Under the pieces are notes generated by a model. The model did not search any database, was not told the DNA's origin, and saw only the letters and a list, made by a program, of their open reading frames with translations. DNA of 64,000 nucleotides from a virus. The position numbers and the translations under genes are program-made. Location of the stretch: positions 45,167 to 109,166 of the IMG/VR virus record IMGVR_UViG_3300045996_003734. One strand, written 5' to 3'. Below are positions 33,944 to 43,859 of this stretch, piece by piece. Positions within the stretch are counted from its first letter, which is position 1; each line of letters begins with the position of its first letter.

Positions 33944-36362
33944 AAAAGCCGTGTGGCACAACATGGGCCCGCACCGGGATTGGACCCTCGACCTGACGGA
34001 GCTGGACCCCTCGGCGAAGCTGGTGGCGCTGGTCGGCAAGAACGGCCGCGGCAAGAGCTTCAGCTTGGAGAGCGCGGTGGCCGGCGCCTGCTACGGCAGC
34101 ATGCCCACGCAAGGCTCTGTGGTGAAGCGCGCCACGGCGGCGGACAGCTACCTCGAAAGCACGCTCGTGCACGCCGGAGCGCGGTACCGCATCCGCCACT
34201 TGGCGAACGCCTCCACCGGCAAGGGCGAGGTGCTCTGCCAGGTGGACGACGGCACGGGCCGTTTCGTGCCGGCCTACGAGGGAGGCACCGGCATCAAGCT
34301 CTTCAAGGCGGAAGCCGCTCGTCGGCTGCCAGATCCGGACGTGCTCTTCGCGAGCATCTTCGCCGCCCAGCAGAGCGAGGGCTTCGTGAAGATGAGCTCC
34401 GGAGACCGCATCGGAGTCATTCTCCGAGTGCTCGGGGTGGCGAAGTTCGAGCGCATGGCTGAGGCCGCGCGGAAGCGGAAGGCCGCCGCCGCTGACCAGC
34501 TCGCCGCGCTCGGGCGACGCATCGCCGACATTCGAGGCGGCAGCAAGGGCGTCGCCGCGTGCGAGGCCGACCTCGCTGTAGCGACCGAGGCCGTGGCGGA
34601 ACTGCGGCGCGCAGCCAGCGAGGCGGAGACCGCGGTGACCGATGGCAAGGAGCGGGACGCCGAGGTCCGCGTGCTCACGGCCCAGCGTGACGCGGCCGTG
34701 CGCGAGCTCGCGGCGCTCCAGCAGCAGCTCGGAGAGGCCTCGCGCCAGCTGGCCGACACGGCCGTGAAGGTGCGGAACAACCGCGCCGTTCTCGCCGACG
34801 CCGAGAACATCCGCAAGGCCGCGGCATCGGTGGTCCAGCTCGAGCACCAGCTCCAGGGGCACGAGCTGGCGCTGGCGAAGACCCAGGCCGAGCTCGACGG
34901 GATGCGTGCTCGGGGTCGCGACGCCGCGACGGCAATCGAAGCCGCGTCGACTCGCGCCAACCGCGCTCGGGCGCGCGCGGCCGACGCACCGAAAGTGCAA
35001 GCCGCGAAGGAGGCTCTGCCCGGACTGCGGGACGCGCTCGACGAGGCTGAAGCGGAGGTCACGCGAGCAACCGCCAAGTTCGAAGAGGTGCAGAGCGCTC
35101 ACGTGGCCGGATCTGGCGAGCGCATCACGGCGCTGCGCCGCCATATCAGCACGGCGCGCACGCTGGCTCACGACCGCGCGGACCACGAGCGGATCCATCA
35201 GACCCTGGGTGATGCCATCGAAGGGGACGACGCGGCGGTGCTCGCGGCGCAGCAGACCCCGACGCTTGTGCAGGAAGCGAGCAGCCGCGTGGGGGATGCT
35301 CGCGTGAACGCGCAGCACGCGCGAGCGGCCCTCTTCGCGGCGGAGAAGCTCGCCGCCCGAAGCGCTGAGGTCGACTCCGCCGAGCAAGAGCTCCGCGAGG
35401 CGACCGCCGAGGTGCAACGGCTTCTCGGCCAGGGGCAGATCGTGACCGAGCGCGCTGAGGACAAGGTCGTAGAGCTGACCAACGCCATCGCCGCGAACCA
35501 GCAGATGCAGGCCGCCCTCCGCCCCCTCGCCTCCAAAGTCGCCCCGCTCGACAACGCTGAGGCACGGCTGGCGGCGCTCCTGCCGGTGATCGAGCAGCAG
35601 GGCGCAGACGTTGCTCGGCTGGAGGCCGCCATCGCCGCGCTGCCGGCGCTCGACGTCGTGCCCGTGCGCCCGAACCTCCCCGCCCTCCAAGCCTCCCTGG
35701 AGAGCGCGCAGCAAGCCCTCCGCGTCGCCGAGGGCACCGTTTCCCGGGCGCAGGCGGCGCTCGATCGCGCCCGCGAGGTGGAAGCGCAGGTGGCTGGCCT
35801 CGAGGCGGAGGCGGCCACCACGCAGACCGTCCTGGAGCGCGCCAGCCGGCTCGCCCTCGACCTCGGCCGCGACGGCATTCAGAGCGCCGAGGTCGACTCC
35901 GCCGGCCCCGAGCTGACCGAGCTCATCAACGACTTGCTCCACACCTGCCAAGGCCCCCGCTTCACCGTCTCGGTCGAGACGCAGCGAGCCTCGGCCGACG
36001 GCAAGAAGACGATCGAAGAATGCAACATCCGCGTCATCGACACCGTCGCCGGTACCGACAAGGAGATCGCGGAGCACTCCGGCGGAGAGCGCGTGATCCT
36101 CGGGGAAGCGGTGAGCCTCGCCCTCACCATGCTCGCCTGCCGCCGCGCCGGGTGGGAGCGCCCTACCCTCATCCGCGACGAGAGCGCCGCCGCCCTGGAC
36201 CCCGGGAACGCCCGGGCGTGGGTAGCCATGATGCGCCGCGCGGTCGAGCTCACAGGCGCCGACCGCCTGCTCTTCGTGAGCCACAGCCCCGACGTGGTGG
36301 AGATGGCCGACGCTCAGATCGAAGTGGGCGCGCCGAGCGCGACGGAAGCGAGGGCAGCGTGA
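33933..36362 (+). CDS. sbcC: SbcC/Rad50-like SMC ATPase
   Basis: Walker A GKNGRGKS, long coiled coil, signature SGGE, Walker B LIRDE, VSH. Confidence 0.9.
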   Translation: MRLEKAVWHNMGPHRDWTLDLTELDPSAKLVALVGKNGRGKSFSLESAVAGACYGSMPTQGSVVKRATAADSYLESTLVHAGARYRIRHLANASTGKGEVLCQVDDGTGRFVPAYEGGTGIKLFKAEAARRLPDPDVLFASIFAAQQSEGFVKMSSGDRIGVILRVLGVAKFERMAEAARKRKAAAADQLAALGRRIADIRGGSKGVAACEADLAVATEAVAELRRAASEAETAVTDGKERDAEVRVLTAQRDAAVRELAALQQQLGEASRQLADTAVKVRNNRAVLADAENIRKAAASVVQLEHQLQGHELALAKTQAELDGMRARGRDAATAIEAASTRANRARARAADAPKVQAAKEALPGLRDALDEAEAEVTRATAKFEEVQSAHVAGSGERITALRRHISTARTLAHDRADHERIHQTLGDAIEGDDAAVLAAQQTPTLVQEASSRVGDARVNAQHARAALFAAEKLAARSAEVDSAEQELREATAEVQRLLGQGQIVTERAEDKVVELTNAIAANQQMQAALRPLASKVAPLDNAEARLAALLPVIEQQGADVARLEAAIAALPALDVVPVRPNLPALQASLESAQQALRVAEGTVSRAQAALDRAREVEAQVAGLEAEAATTQTVLERASRLALDLGRDGIQSAEVDSAGPELTELINDLLHTCQGPRFTVSVETQRASADGKKTIEECNIRVIDTVAGTDKEIAEHSGGERVILGEAVSLALTMLACRRAGWERPTLIRDESAAALDPGNARAWVAMMRRAVELTGADRLLFVSHSPDVVEMADAQIEVGAPSATEARAA

Positions 36363-36724
36363 GCGCGCTCTCCAATCGCCTTAAGTGCGCCGTCCACCCG
36401 GGCCTTCCCAACCCCGTGACCCGCGTGCCGTTCGGGCAGGAGTCCCGGAGCAAGGAAGAGGTGGGCCTCCTCGAGGCAGAGCTGCAGGTGGTCGTGGCCG
36501 TCGTGGCTGCCGACTTCACCCAGGTGGGCCCGGTATCTCGTGAGGACATCGACCGCATCGTGGCCTGCGAGGCCACCAACTACATGGCTCGGCTCGAGCG
36601 CAGCGGTTGGGTGGAGGTGGTGGGCGTGCTCCCGCGGTCCACCAGCAAGCTCTACCGGGCAACGTCGAAGGCTCGGAGGGTGCTTGGGCTCGAGGGTTGG
36701 TCGCTGCTCCGGGAGGTCGCGTGA
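36359..36724 (+). CDS. Winged-helix-like protein
   Basis: MARLERSGWVE...LYRATSKA; GTGA overlap with sbcC. Confidence 0.55.
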   Translation: MSALSNRLKCAVHPGLPNPVTRVPFGQESRSKEEVGLLEAELQVVVAVVAADFTQVGPVSREDIDRIVACEATNYMARLERSGWVEVVGVLPRSTSKLYRATSKARRVLGLEGWSLLREVA

Positions 36725-36913
36725 TGCACGAGTCAGAAGAAGACGGCACGGGTCGAAGTCGCCTGCTCACGAACACCTGCAATCGGTGCGGGCGCCACAC
36801 CGACTCGGTGCGCGTGTTCCCGCCGACGCAGTTCAGCCCAGCTCAAGCCTACACGCCCCGCTTTTGCCGGGGCTGCGAAGACGTTGTTTCGAATCAGCGG
36901 GGCGAGGGGTCTC

Positions 36914-37192
36914 GTGGCTAACCGCCCCTCCCTCGACCGTCTCGCCGAGCTCGAGACGCTAGCGCCCGACGAGGACTGCCCGCCGGACGCTCGCTTCTCG
37001 GTACCTGCCTCGGACCTGCGCGACCTGCTGGCGCTGATTCCGATGGTGCGAGCCGCCGACCGCGTCGCGGCTGCTGCGAGCGTAGTCAAAGTTCACGCTG
37101 TAACCCTGCGCCAGGAAGAGCTCGCCGCCGAGCTGCTCGGCGCCCTGCTGGAGTACGATCCGCAGATCGTTCTGGGGGCGAGTCGTGGCTGA
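36914..37192 (+). CDS. Hypothetical protein
   Basis: GTG with GAGG RBS; coupled to the next gene. Confidence 0.5.
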   Translation: MANRPSLDRLAELETLAPDEDCPPDARFSVPASDLRDLLALIPMVRAADRVAAAASVVKVHAVTLRQEELAAELLGALLEYDPQIVLGASRG

Positions 37193-37505
37193 GAGCACCC
37201 CCGACATGTTCGCTATCGGCTCGCTCCGCTGGCCTGGCCTCTCCAAGGTCGCCGAGGAGTCCGGAGAGGTGGTGCAGGTCATCGGGAAGCTCATGGGCAC
37301 CGGGGGAGAGCCGGCGCACTGGGACGGCTCGGACCTCCGCGTGCGCTTGCAGGAAGAGCTGGGCGACCTGCTCGCGGCCGTCGACTACGTGCTGCGAGTC
37401 AACCCGTACGCGCTGAACGAGCTCGAGGTGGCCGTGCGGCGCAGCCAGAAACTGGAGACGTTCTTGCGGTGGCACCGCCAGCAAGGAGGCCCCGATGCCG
37501 GGTGA
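37185..37505 (+). CDS. MazG-like nucleotide pyrophosphohydrolase
   Basis: EESGEVVQ..GK ... LQEELGDLL motif. Confidence 0.8.
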   Translation: MAESTPDMFAIGSLRWPGLSKVAEESGEVVQVIGKLMGTGGEPAHWDGSDLRVRLQEELGDLLAAVDYVLRVNPYALNELEVAVRRSQKLETFLRWHRQQGGPDAG

Positions 37506-38010
37506 CGCTCGCTACTCGCGCTGGATCCACACGCAGCCGTGCGCGGTCTGCGACACGACGTTGCAGGTCGAAGGCCACCACTCGCTCTACGGCACCACGT
37601 ACAGCCCGGAGGACGCGCGGCCGACGAAGGCCATCGAGGGCGCCCGCAAGGGCATGGCCCAGAAAAGCCACGACTACTTCCTCATCCCGCTGTGCTTGAA
37701 GCACCACGAGCCCGGCATCCACCAGCTGGGGAACTACTTCGAGGGCTGGTCCCGCGCGGAGGCCAACGCTTGGGAGGAGGAGCAGGTCGGCATCCACCGG
37801 AACCGCTACGCCATGCAAGCCCCCGCACCTGCGGCGGCTCCCGCGCGCGCCACCCGCCCCGTCAAAGCCACCAGCTCCCTCGAGCGGGAGCGCGTGCTCG
37901 AGCAGATCGAAACCTGGGCAGGAGCCCGACGCCTGAAAGCCGAGGAGCACCAGCTCATCCACGACTTGGTCAACGACTTGAGGGCGGAGTCGCCCGGGAA
38001 GCAATTCTGA
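37495..38010 (+). CDS. DUF968/HNH-like zinc-binding putative nuclease
   Basis: Y.RWI..QPC.VC, HH, D...IPLC..HH. Confidence 0.7.
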   Translation: MPGDARYSRWIHTQPCAVCDTTLQVEGHHSLYGTTYSPEDARPTKAIEGARKGMAQKSHDYFLIPLCLKHHEPGIHQLGNYFEGWSRAEANAWEEEQVGIHRNRYAMQAPAPAAAPARATRPVKATSSLERERVLEQIETWAGARRLKAEEHQLIHDLVNDLRAESPGKQF

Positions 38011-38603
38011 TGGCTAGCCTCTTCAACCGCCACATCGCGAAGCTCTTGCCGTCGCTGACCTGGCGCCACTTCGGCGTCGGCGCGCTACAGGCCTACCTGT
38101 CCGAGGACGGACGGCTCGAGCAGCGGCTCCACATCTGGCACCCGAGCCTGATTCGGTCGGGCATCCAAGGGCGCGGGGACTGCCACAACCACCGCTTTTC
38201 GTTCGTTTCGCAGGTGCTTTGCGGCGCCATCGTGAACGAACAGTGGGACCTCCGAGCCTTTGAGGCCGGCGACTACGCACTCTACGAGGTCGAGCACGCT
38301 CGTGCCGCGCTGCAGCGCACCGGCGCTTTCGACTGCGACTACCGCCTGGTCGCCCGCTGTCACGCCGCACCCATCGGCCGGACCTGGACCCACGCGGGCG
38401 GCTCCTACGAATTCGAGCGTGGCGCCTTTCACCGCACAAGCTGCCTCGGTCTGACCGTCACGCTGGTCACCAAATTCGACCAGCAGGAGGAGCGAGCGCG
38501 CATCCTGTGCCCGCACGGTGAGCGCCTCGTGCAGGCCTTCGGCGGTCCCAAGCCTGATGTCCAGGCGGTGCTGCGCGACGCGCAGGAGGCTCTTTGCCGA
38601 TGA
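38010..38603 (+). CDS. Cupin-fold (cysteine-dioxygenase-like) protein
   Basis: RLHIW, HNH.FSF.S.VL.G, later FH. Confidence 0.65.
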   Translation: MASLFNRHIAKLLPSLTWRHFGVGALQAYLSEDGRLEQRLHIWHPSLIRSGIQGRGDCHNHRFSFVSQVLCGAIVNEQWDLRAFEAGDYALYEVEHARAALQRTGAFDCDYRLVARCHAAPIGRTWTHAGGSYEFERGAFHRTSCLGLTVTLVTKFDQQEERARILCPHGERLVQAFGGPKPDVQAVLRDAQEALCR

Positions 38604-38778
38604 AGCGCACCTATCCTCGCTGGGCCTGCACCCACACTCGCTTCGCTTGGGAGGGCTCTCCGTACGAGGCTTGTCCGGGCTGCCGCAACCAGGTGCGCCG
38701 CTTCTTCCGGCATTGGTCGGCCCTCACCCTGGCCGTCGGCATCGCGTTCTTGGTGCTCTGCGCCGCGGCAGGTGCCAG

Positions 38779-39408
38779 GTGAGCGGCGACCCCAAAAAGG
38801 CTGTGATTGAAGAGTCCGGCAAGTGCATCGGCTGGGTCTGCGTGGCCTGCAGCCGGCTGCACACCACGGCCATTTACCTCGCGAAGGACGAGGAAGCAGC
38901 GGCCGCGGCGCTTGATGCCGCAACACGATGCTGCGTCACACCGCTGTGCGCGTGCGGAGCGGAGGCCAAGGTCTACGCCAAGCTGTGCTCGAAGTGCTGG
39001 CGCGCCGAGCAGGACGCGAAGGACGACGCCCGCTGGGAAGCGGCGCCGAAGAAGACAATCGCGGAGTACCTGGCGGAGCACCCGGACGGCTTCCTCTCGG
39101 ACGGTGACGAGAAGTTTTGGCCGGTCAGCGACTACATCGACGATGAGGCTTATCTTCGGCACCCACGCGTGTGGTTTTGCGAGCCGAGGCGCGGAATCAA
39201 GCTCGACGCCGACGACATCACCGAATCGTGGGCGGACGACCGGCACGAGGACGCCCGAGACGATCTCGACCTGAAGGGCCTCCAAGAGCTGCTCGACAGG
39301 TGGTGCGCGGAGCAGGTGACCACCAGCTGGTACGTCGACGGCAGCGCGCTGGACCCCGCGGAGGTCGAGCGACTCCGCGAGGACGCAGCCGCACCGGAGG
39401 CCACGTGA
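38779..39408 (+). CDS. Cys-rich hypothetical protein
   Basis: Several CxxC motifs; GTGA overlap. Confidence 0.6.
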   Translation: MSGDPKKAVIEESGKCIGWVCVACSRLHTTAIYLAKDEEAAAAALDAATRCCVTPLCACGAEAKVYAKLCSKCWRAEQDAKDDARWEAAPKKTIAEYLAEHPDGFLSDGDEKFWPVSDYIDDEAYLRHPRVWFCEPRRGIKLDADDITESWADDRHEDARDDLDLKGLQELLDRWCAEQVTTSWYVDGSALDPAEVERLREDAAAPEAT

Positions 39409-39825
39409 CCGCCATCGGCAAGGTGCACGAGCTCGACGCCTCGGGCCTCTTCGACAGCAACCACCGCCACGCGGGGCTAGTCGTCGTCACCATCACCTGC
39501 ACTCACGAGCAGGCCGAAGCGTGGGGGCTCCTTTGGGGCCATCACGTCCAGGCGCTCCCATTCATCCCACCTGCCGAGCGCGGCTCGGAGAAGCGCTGAT
39601 CATGCCCGACGAAACCGAGACTGACGAGACGAGAGGAACGACCGTGATGCACAAGGAAACCGGAGCCGTGGCCACGTTCGAGACGAAGACCGATGCGGAC
39701 GCCGCCGGCTACACCGTGCCGCTCTCGCAGGACCAATACGACATGGCCCTGCACATGAACCGCAAGCAGCGCCGCGCGTGGGCGGCGCAGCAGCGGGGCG
39801 CGAAGAAGCCGAAAGCGGTGGCGTC

Positions 39826-41604
39826 TTGAGCTCGGCTCTGGCCGTTTCCGAGGCCGTCGTCGACTACCCCCTGGCCGCAATTCTCGACCCGACGATCAAA
39901 AACTACCGCACCAACTTCCGCGGCATCGAAGAGCTGGAGGCCTCCGTCCGAGAGTCGGGCATTCGGGTGCCGCTCGTGCTCCGCCCCTCCCCCCTCACGC
40001 CCGACGCGCACGAGCTCGCAATCGGCGCGCGCCGACGCGAGGCTGCCCGACGAGCGGGCCTCGAGACGGTGCCCGTCATCATCCGCGAGCTCACGGACGA
40101 GGAGGTGCACACCGAACGCGCGATAGAGAACCTGCAGCGCGTTGACCCCGACCCCTTGGACGAGGCCGACGGCTTCGCTGCGATGGTCAAGCTCGGTTGG
40201 TCGGAGGGGTTGATCGCGACCCGGCTCGGCAAGCCGACTCGCTACGTGGTCGAGCGCCTCGCGCTCTGTAACCTCTGCGAGGAGGGCCGCAAGGCACTCA
40301 CCGAGGGGCACATGCTGGTGGGCGTCGCCATCGAGGTCGCCAAGCTCGCGCCGTCGCTGCAGCCCGAAGCGGTGAAGGAGGTCGGCTCGCACTGGGCAGG
40401 CAGCCTCTACACCGTCGCCGACGCTCGAGACGCCATCAGCAAGCGCATCATGCTTCGGCTCGACCGAGCCCCGTTCGCGCTCGACGACCCAGCACTGGTC
40501 CCCGAGGTGGGCCCCTGCACCACCTGCCGGAAGCGCACGGGCACCCAGGCGGAGCTGTTCGCCGGCTTCGATGCGGACCTCTGCACCGACAGCGCCTGCC
40601 ACAAGGGCAAGCTGGATGCGCTCTGGAAGCTCCGCGTGAAGACCGCCAAGGCCGACGGCGTCACGGTGCTGAGCAAGAAGGACGGGGCGGAGGCGCTCAA
40701 GAGCGCGCGCGCCAACTACGGCTCGGGAGCTTTCGTGCGCCTCGACGAAGAGGTGTACCTCGGAGCCAAGAGGCCCAAGTCCCTCAAGGCAGCGTTCGGG
40801 AAGGAGCTGCCGCCCGTCACGCTCGCTCGCGACGAGGACAGCGGGACACCGGTGGAGCTCGTGCCCCGCAAAGCTGTGGAGGCGCTCCTGAAGGCGCACA
40901 GCCCTGCGCGGGGCGGCACGGACCAGTCACCCAAGGCCGACGCGAAAGCCAAAGCCGAGCGCGAGGCCGAGCGCGTCAAAGCCGAGGTAAACCGCCGCGC
41001 GATGACCGCGATCGTGGAGGCTGCCGACGCCGCCACCCGCAAGGGTAAGGCGCCCCGCGCGCTGCTCCGCCTGGCCGTCCGTGGCGCCCTGGACTCGGTC
41101 TGGACGGACGTCACCAAGAAGGTGGCCGACCGCCGAGGTCTGCCGCTCACCGACGAAGCGCAGGGCACCACCAGGAAAGGGGCGAAGCGCCAGCTCGAGC
41201 GCCTAACTCCAGCCGTGCGCATCGAGCGGCTGCTGGAGACGCTCGATGAGGGAGCGCTGTTCGCCCTGCTGCTCGAGCTCGCGATGGGCCGCTCCGTGCC
41301 GGGCAAGTGGAGCGAGGGGTCGGACTGCTACGTCGACCTCTGCGCGGAGCTGGGTGTCGACACGAAGGCTCTCGAGAAAGCCGTGAAGGCGGAGCGGAAA
41401 GAGAAGGCGCAGGCCAAGACCCCTCCCCGCCCGGAGCACCCCGCCACCGGGCAGGTGGTCCACTACATCGACCCCACCGGCCTCAGAAAGACGGGCGTGG
41501 CTTGCGGCGGCAAGGTCGGAGACGGCAAGGGTATCGTTACCGACGACGCCGCGAGGGTCACCTGCAAGAGCTGCGGGCGGACCGCCCGCCTCGAGATCGA
41601 CTAG
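39826..41604 (+). CDS. ParB/Spo0J-family protein with Cys cluster
   Basis: ELEASVRESGIRVPL.LR, G.RR..AA..AGL..VP, ENLQR.D.DP.DEA, HTH, CxxC...C.D..C. Confidence 0.85.
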   Translation: MSSALAVSEAVVDYPLAAILDPTIKNYRTNFRGIEELEASVRESGIRVPLVLRPSPLTPDAHELAIGARRREAARRAGLETVPVIIRELTDEEVHTERAIENLQRVDPDPLDEADGFAAMVKLGWSEGLIATRLGKPTRYVVERLALCNLCEEGRKALTEGHMLVGVAIEVAKLAPSLQPEAVKEVGSHWAGSLYTVADARDAISKRIMLRLDRAPFALDDPALVPEVGPCTTCRKRTGTQAELFAGFDADLCTDSACHKGKLDALWKLRVKTAKADGVTVLSKKDGAEALKSARANYGSGAFVRLDEEVYLGAKRPKSLKAAFGKELPPVTLARDEDSGTPVELVPRKAVEALLKAHSPARGGTDQSPKADAKAKAEREAERVKAEVNRRAMTAIVEAADAATRKGKAPRALLRLAVRGALDSVWTDVTKKVADRRGLPLTDEAQGTTRKGAKRQLERLTPAVRIERLLETLDEGALFALLLELAMGRSVPGKWSEGSDCYVDLCAELGVDTKALEKAVKAERKEKAQAKTPPRPEHPATGQVVHYIDPTGLRKTGVACGGKVGDGKGIVTDDAARVTCKSCGRTARLEID

Positions 41605-42002
41605 GCGCCTTTTCCGCCGTCCCCGCTTATAAATTCCTGGAGGAGTTGTCTCGCGTTCCGCGCGATAGCGAGCGAGCTATTCAGCTGCGCAGACGTAAGG
41701 GGGCGCGTGGCGTCGTAGTCCGCGTGCTTCCGAAGCGTCAGCAATTGTCTGCCGTGATTCGCAAGCTTGGGTGCCTTGCCTGGCTGAAAAGCGAGCTCGT
41801 TCCACAGCTTCCCATGCGCTGACGACTCCTTCGTCGAGACGTCGAGCCCCTTCGATTGGGCGTAGTCACGAGCGGCGTTGTACGTCGCGTAATACGCTCT
41901 GCCGACGGCGGTACGTCTCTTGGCCTCGCTCTGCTCGGTGTCAGCCTGAGTCGCGAGGTCTTCCGCGAGCTGTAAAAAGTCAGCCCACGGGAATGAGCTC
42001 AC
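41601..42002 (-). CDS. HEPN-domain protein (putative RNase toxin)
   Basis: F.W.DFL.LA, R.AVGRAYYA.Y, H..LW, LR..ADYD. Confidence 0.82.
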   Translation of the reverse strand: MSSFPWADFLQLAEDLATQADTEQSEAKRRTAVGRAYYATYNAARDYAQSKGLDVSTKESSAHGKLWNELAFQPGKAPKLANHGRQLLTLRKHADYDATRPLTSAQLNSSLAIARNARQLLQEFISGDGGKGA

Positions 42003-42516
42003 GCCCCACTCCCATGGCGCCTCGAACGTGCGGTGGCAGCTGCAGCCACTCCTGGTCGATAACAGCTTCGACCGACGCCCACGCCTGCGCGTCGTCTTCG
42101 CGCATCACGACGTTCACCATAAGGAATGCGTCCTCGGCATCGTCGTCGGGGTTCTTCACCACCTCCAACAATGTTTGGTAGCCGGGCAACGCTGCCTCGA
42201 CCGCACTCAGGATGTCGTCCACACCTTCACGCACGTCCTGCTTTGCGAGAAAAGACGATACGTCGCCCTTCATCGTCGGCGCTAAAGCACGGGTCTTGAT
42301 CGTTGTACCACCGGCGTCCGCCGTGAAAGGCTCGGGCCCGCTAGCGCCCGTCTCCGCCCGGCAGATCATCGCGCTCATGGTGGTGCTGTCCGGCCGATAA
42401 ACGTGCAGGGAGGGCACGTCCGCGCCTGCGGCAGGCCCGAAACGGCGGTCCCTGGCGACGGCCACAACCGCGCCTCCGCTCACCGTAATCGCTGCGCATA
42501 CCGTGAAAGCCCACAT
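41980..42516 (-). CDS. Putative antitoxin partner of HEPN
   Basis: Overlaps the HEPN gene; acidic C-terminal domain LEVV.NPD...L.VNV...EW; low-complexity N-terminal arm. Confidence 0.55.
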   Translation of the reverse strand: MWAFTVCAAITVSGGAVVAVARDRRFGPAAGADVPSLHVYRPDSTTMSAMICRAETGASGPEPFTADAGGTTIKTRALAPTMKGDVSSFLAKQDVREGVDDILSAVEAALPGYQTLLEVVKNPDDDAEDAFLMVNVVMREDDAQAWASVEAVIDQEWLQLPPHVRGAMGVGRELIPVG

Positions 42517-42518
42517 GG

Positions 42519-43232
42519 TTAGTGCCCCTCGACGAGAACTTGCAAGGAGGCCTCTAGCTCAGCATGCCACGCCTGGGCTTGGCGAACAAAAACGGTCGCG
42601 TCATCCGCCAAAAAGCGAACTTGAGGCAGTTGCGGCCGGGTATTGATGTCCGTGCTGATAAAAAGCTTATCGCGAGGCTCCGCTCCGGGTAGCGTCACTT
42701 CAACTCTTCGGAGGGCTGCGATAGTGTTCAGTTCCTCGGTGTGTTCGTTGAAGGTGCGGCGGATATGTGTGGCCGCCCTCCAATCCCACTCGAAGAGCGA
42801 CTGGTCAAACGGGGCGCCGCGCGTCAGAAGCCGGGTGCTCAGCGCATCGAGTTCTTCGGGCGTCTTATTGGCGAACCCCTCGCGCACCAGCGCGATCCGG
42901 TGTGCCGGCTGGCCGACGATGGTCAAGCAGGCCCCGATGTAGCGGGATGCCTTTTCGCAGAACTGCGCGAACGGCTCCCCAGGGCTTCCAAGCAGCGGAG
43001 AGTACATCACGTCCGCGCTCTCCGAGGTCAGGCTAACCAGCCACTCCCCGCTCAGGGACGCAGCGCCCAAGCGTTGCACGGTTGCCCCCGTCGGCGTCAG
43101 TTCCATTATCGGCCGAGGCAGGAAGTCGTCTCCGAGGCGCGTAAGTAAGTCGCCGTAAGCCGCCGCCCGCACTTGTACGTGGCCCGAGTTGGCGAAAGCG
43201 CGAGCTAGGTAGCGTACGGGTATCTCGATCAA
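42519..43232 (-). CDS. Hypothetical protein, TIGR04255-like
   Basis: RIAL and DINT motifs; probable TTG start at 43232 with GAGG; family recalled, not searched. Confidence 0.5.
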   Translation of the reverse strand: MIEIPVRYLARAFANSGHVQVRAAAYGDLLTRLGDDFLPRPIMELTPTGATVQRLGAASLSGEWLVSLTSESADVMYSPLLGSPGEPFAQFCEKASRYIGACLTIVGQPAHRIALVREGFANKTPEELDALSTRLLTRGAPFDQSLFEWDWRAATHIRRTFNEHTEELNTIAALRRVEVTLPGAEPRDKLFISTDINTRPQLPQVRFLADDATVFVRQAQAWHAELEASLQVLVEGH

Positions 43233-43367
43233 AGAGCGGTCCTCGCGGGTCCCACTACGAACGGTGCCCGCGGAAGTAAAGAGCAAAGCGCGTGCCGCCG
43301 CAGTAACCGCACGGGCGTTCAGTAAAGATTTGAACACGGCGCAGCGAAGCGCAAAGCTCTACGCCCG

Positions 43368-43670
43368 ATGCCCCGTCCGCCCAAGAAGCCGCACTGGCAG
43401 ACGCTGCTCCCCAAGCCCGAGTGGGCAGGTGGGCCGCCGCACGTGTCGCGGGAGGTCATCACGGACCGGGTCCTCGTCGGGCACAGCACGCCGACGGGCT
43501 CGGGGCAGCTTTGGCGCATCCGGCGGGTCGCAGCCGACGGCTCGAGCGAGCTCGTGACGATGGCCGGCGAGCCGTGGGAGGGGACGGGGACACAGGCAGC
43601 TCTGCGCGCCCAGGTGCTCGGGCAGGAAGACCCGGACGGTCGCTACATCCCCGAGAAGGTTGAAAGCTAG
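43368..43670 (+). CDS. Small hypothetical protein (paralog 1)
   Basis: WRIRRVAADGSSELVTMAGEPWEG. Confidence 0.65.
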   Translation: MPRPPKKPHWQTLLPKPEWAGGPPHVSREVITDRVLVGHSTPTGSGQLWRIRRVAADGSSELVTMAGEPWEGTGTQAALRAQVLGQEDPDGRYIPEKVES

Positions 43671-43676
43671 CGGCGC

Positions 43677-43859
43677 CTACGAAGCCTTACCGAGGCGGGC
43701 GCGCACGGCTGAGGCACTGGGGCCCACCTCGTCGACCACCTCGCGAAGGCGGTCGGTGCTGATGCCGAGGGCCTCCGTCCAGTAGCGAACCTCGTAATCC
43801 TCGCTGAGATTGATGCGTGAAGAGTCCTGTGGGCTTCTCTTGGTCTTGTCGTCGGACAT
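43677..43859 (-). CDS. DUF3606-family protein
   Basis: MSDDKTKR.PQD..RINL.EDYEVRYW...LG.....L...V..VG. Confidence 0.85.
   Translation of the reverse strand: MSDDKTKRSPQDSSRINLSEDYEVRYWTEALGISTDRLREVVDEVGPSASAVRARLGKAS

Noticed and set aside
33396-36284. 962-aa minus-strand ORF and similar long antisense ORFs (e.g. 13649-15535, 52094-54052, 61691-63604)
   Set aside because: Shadow frames of genes with clear motifs on the other strand; expected at high GC.
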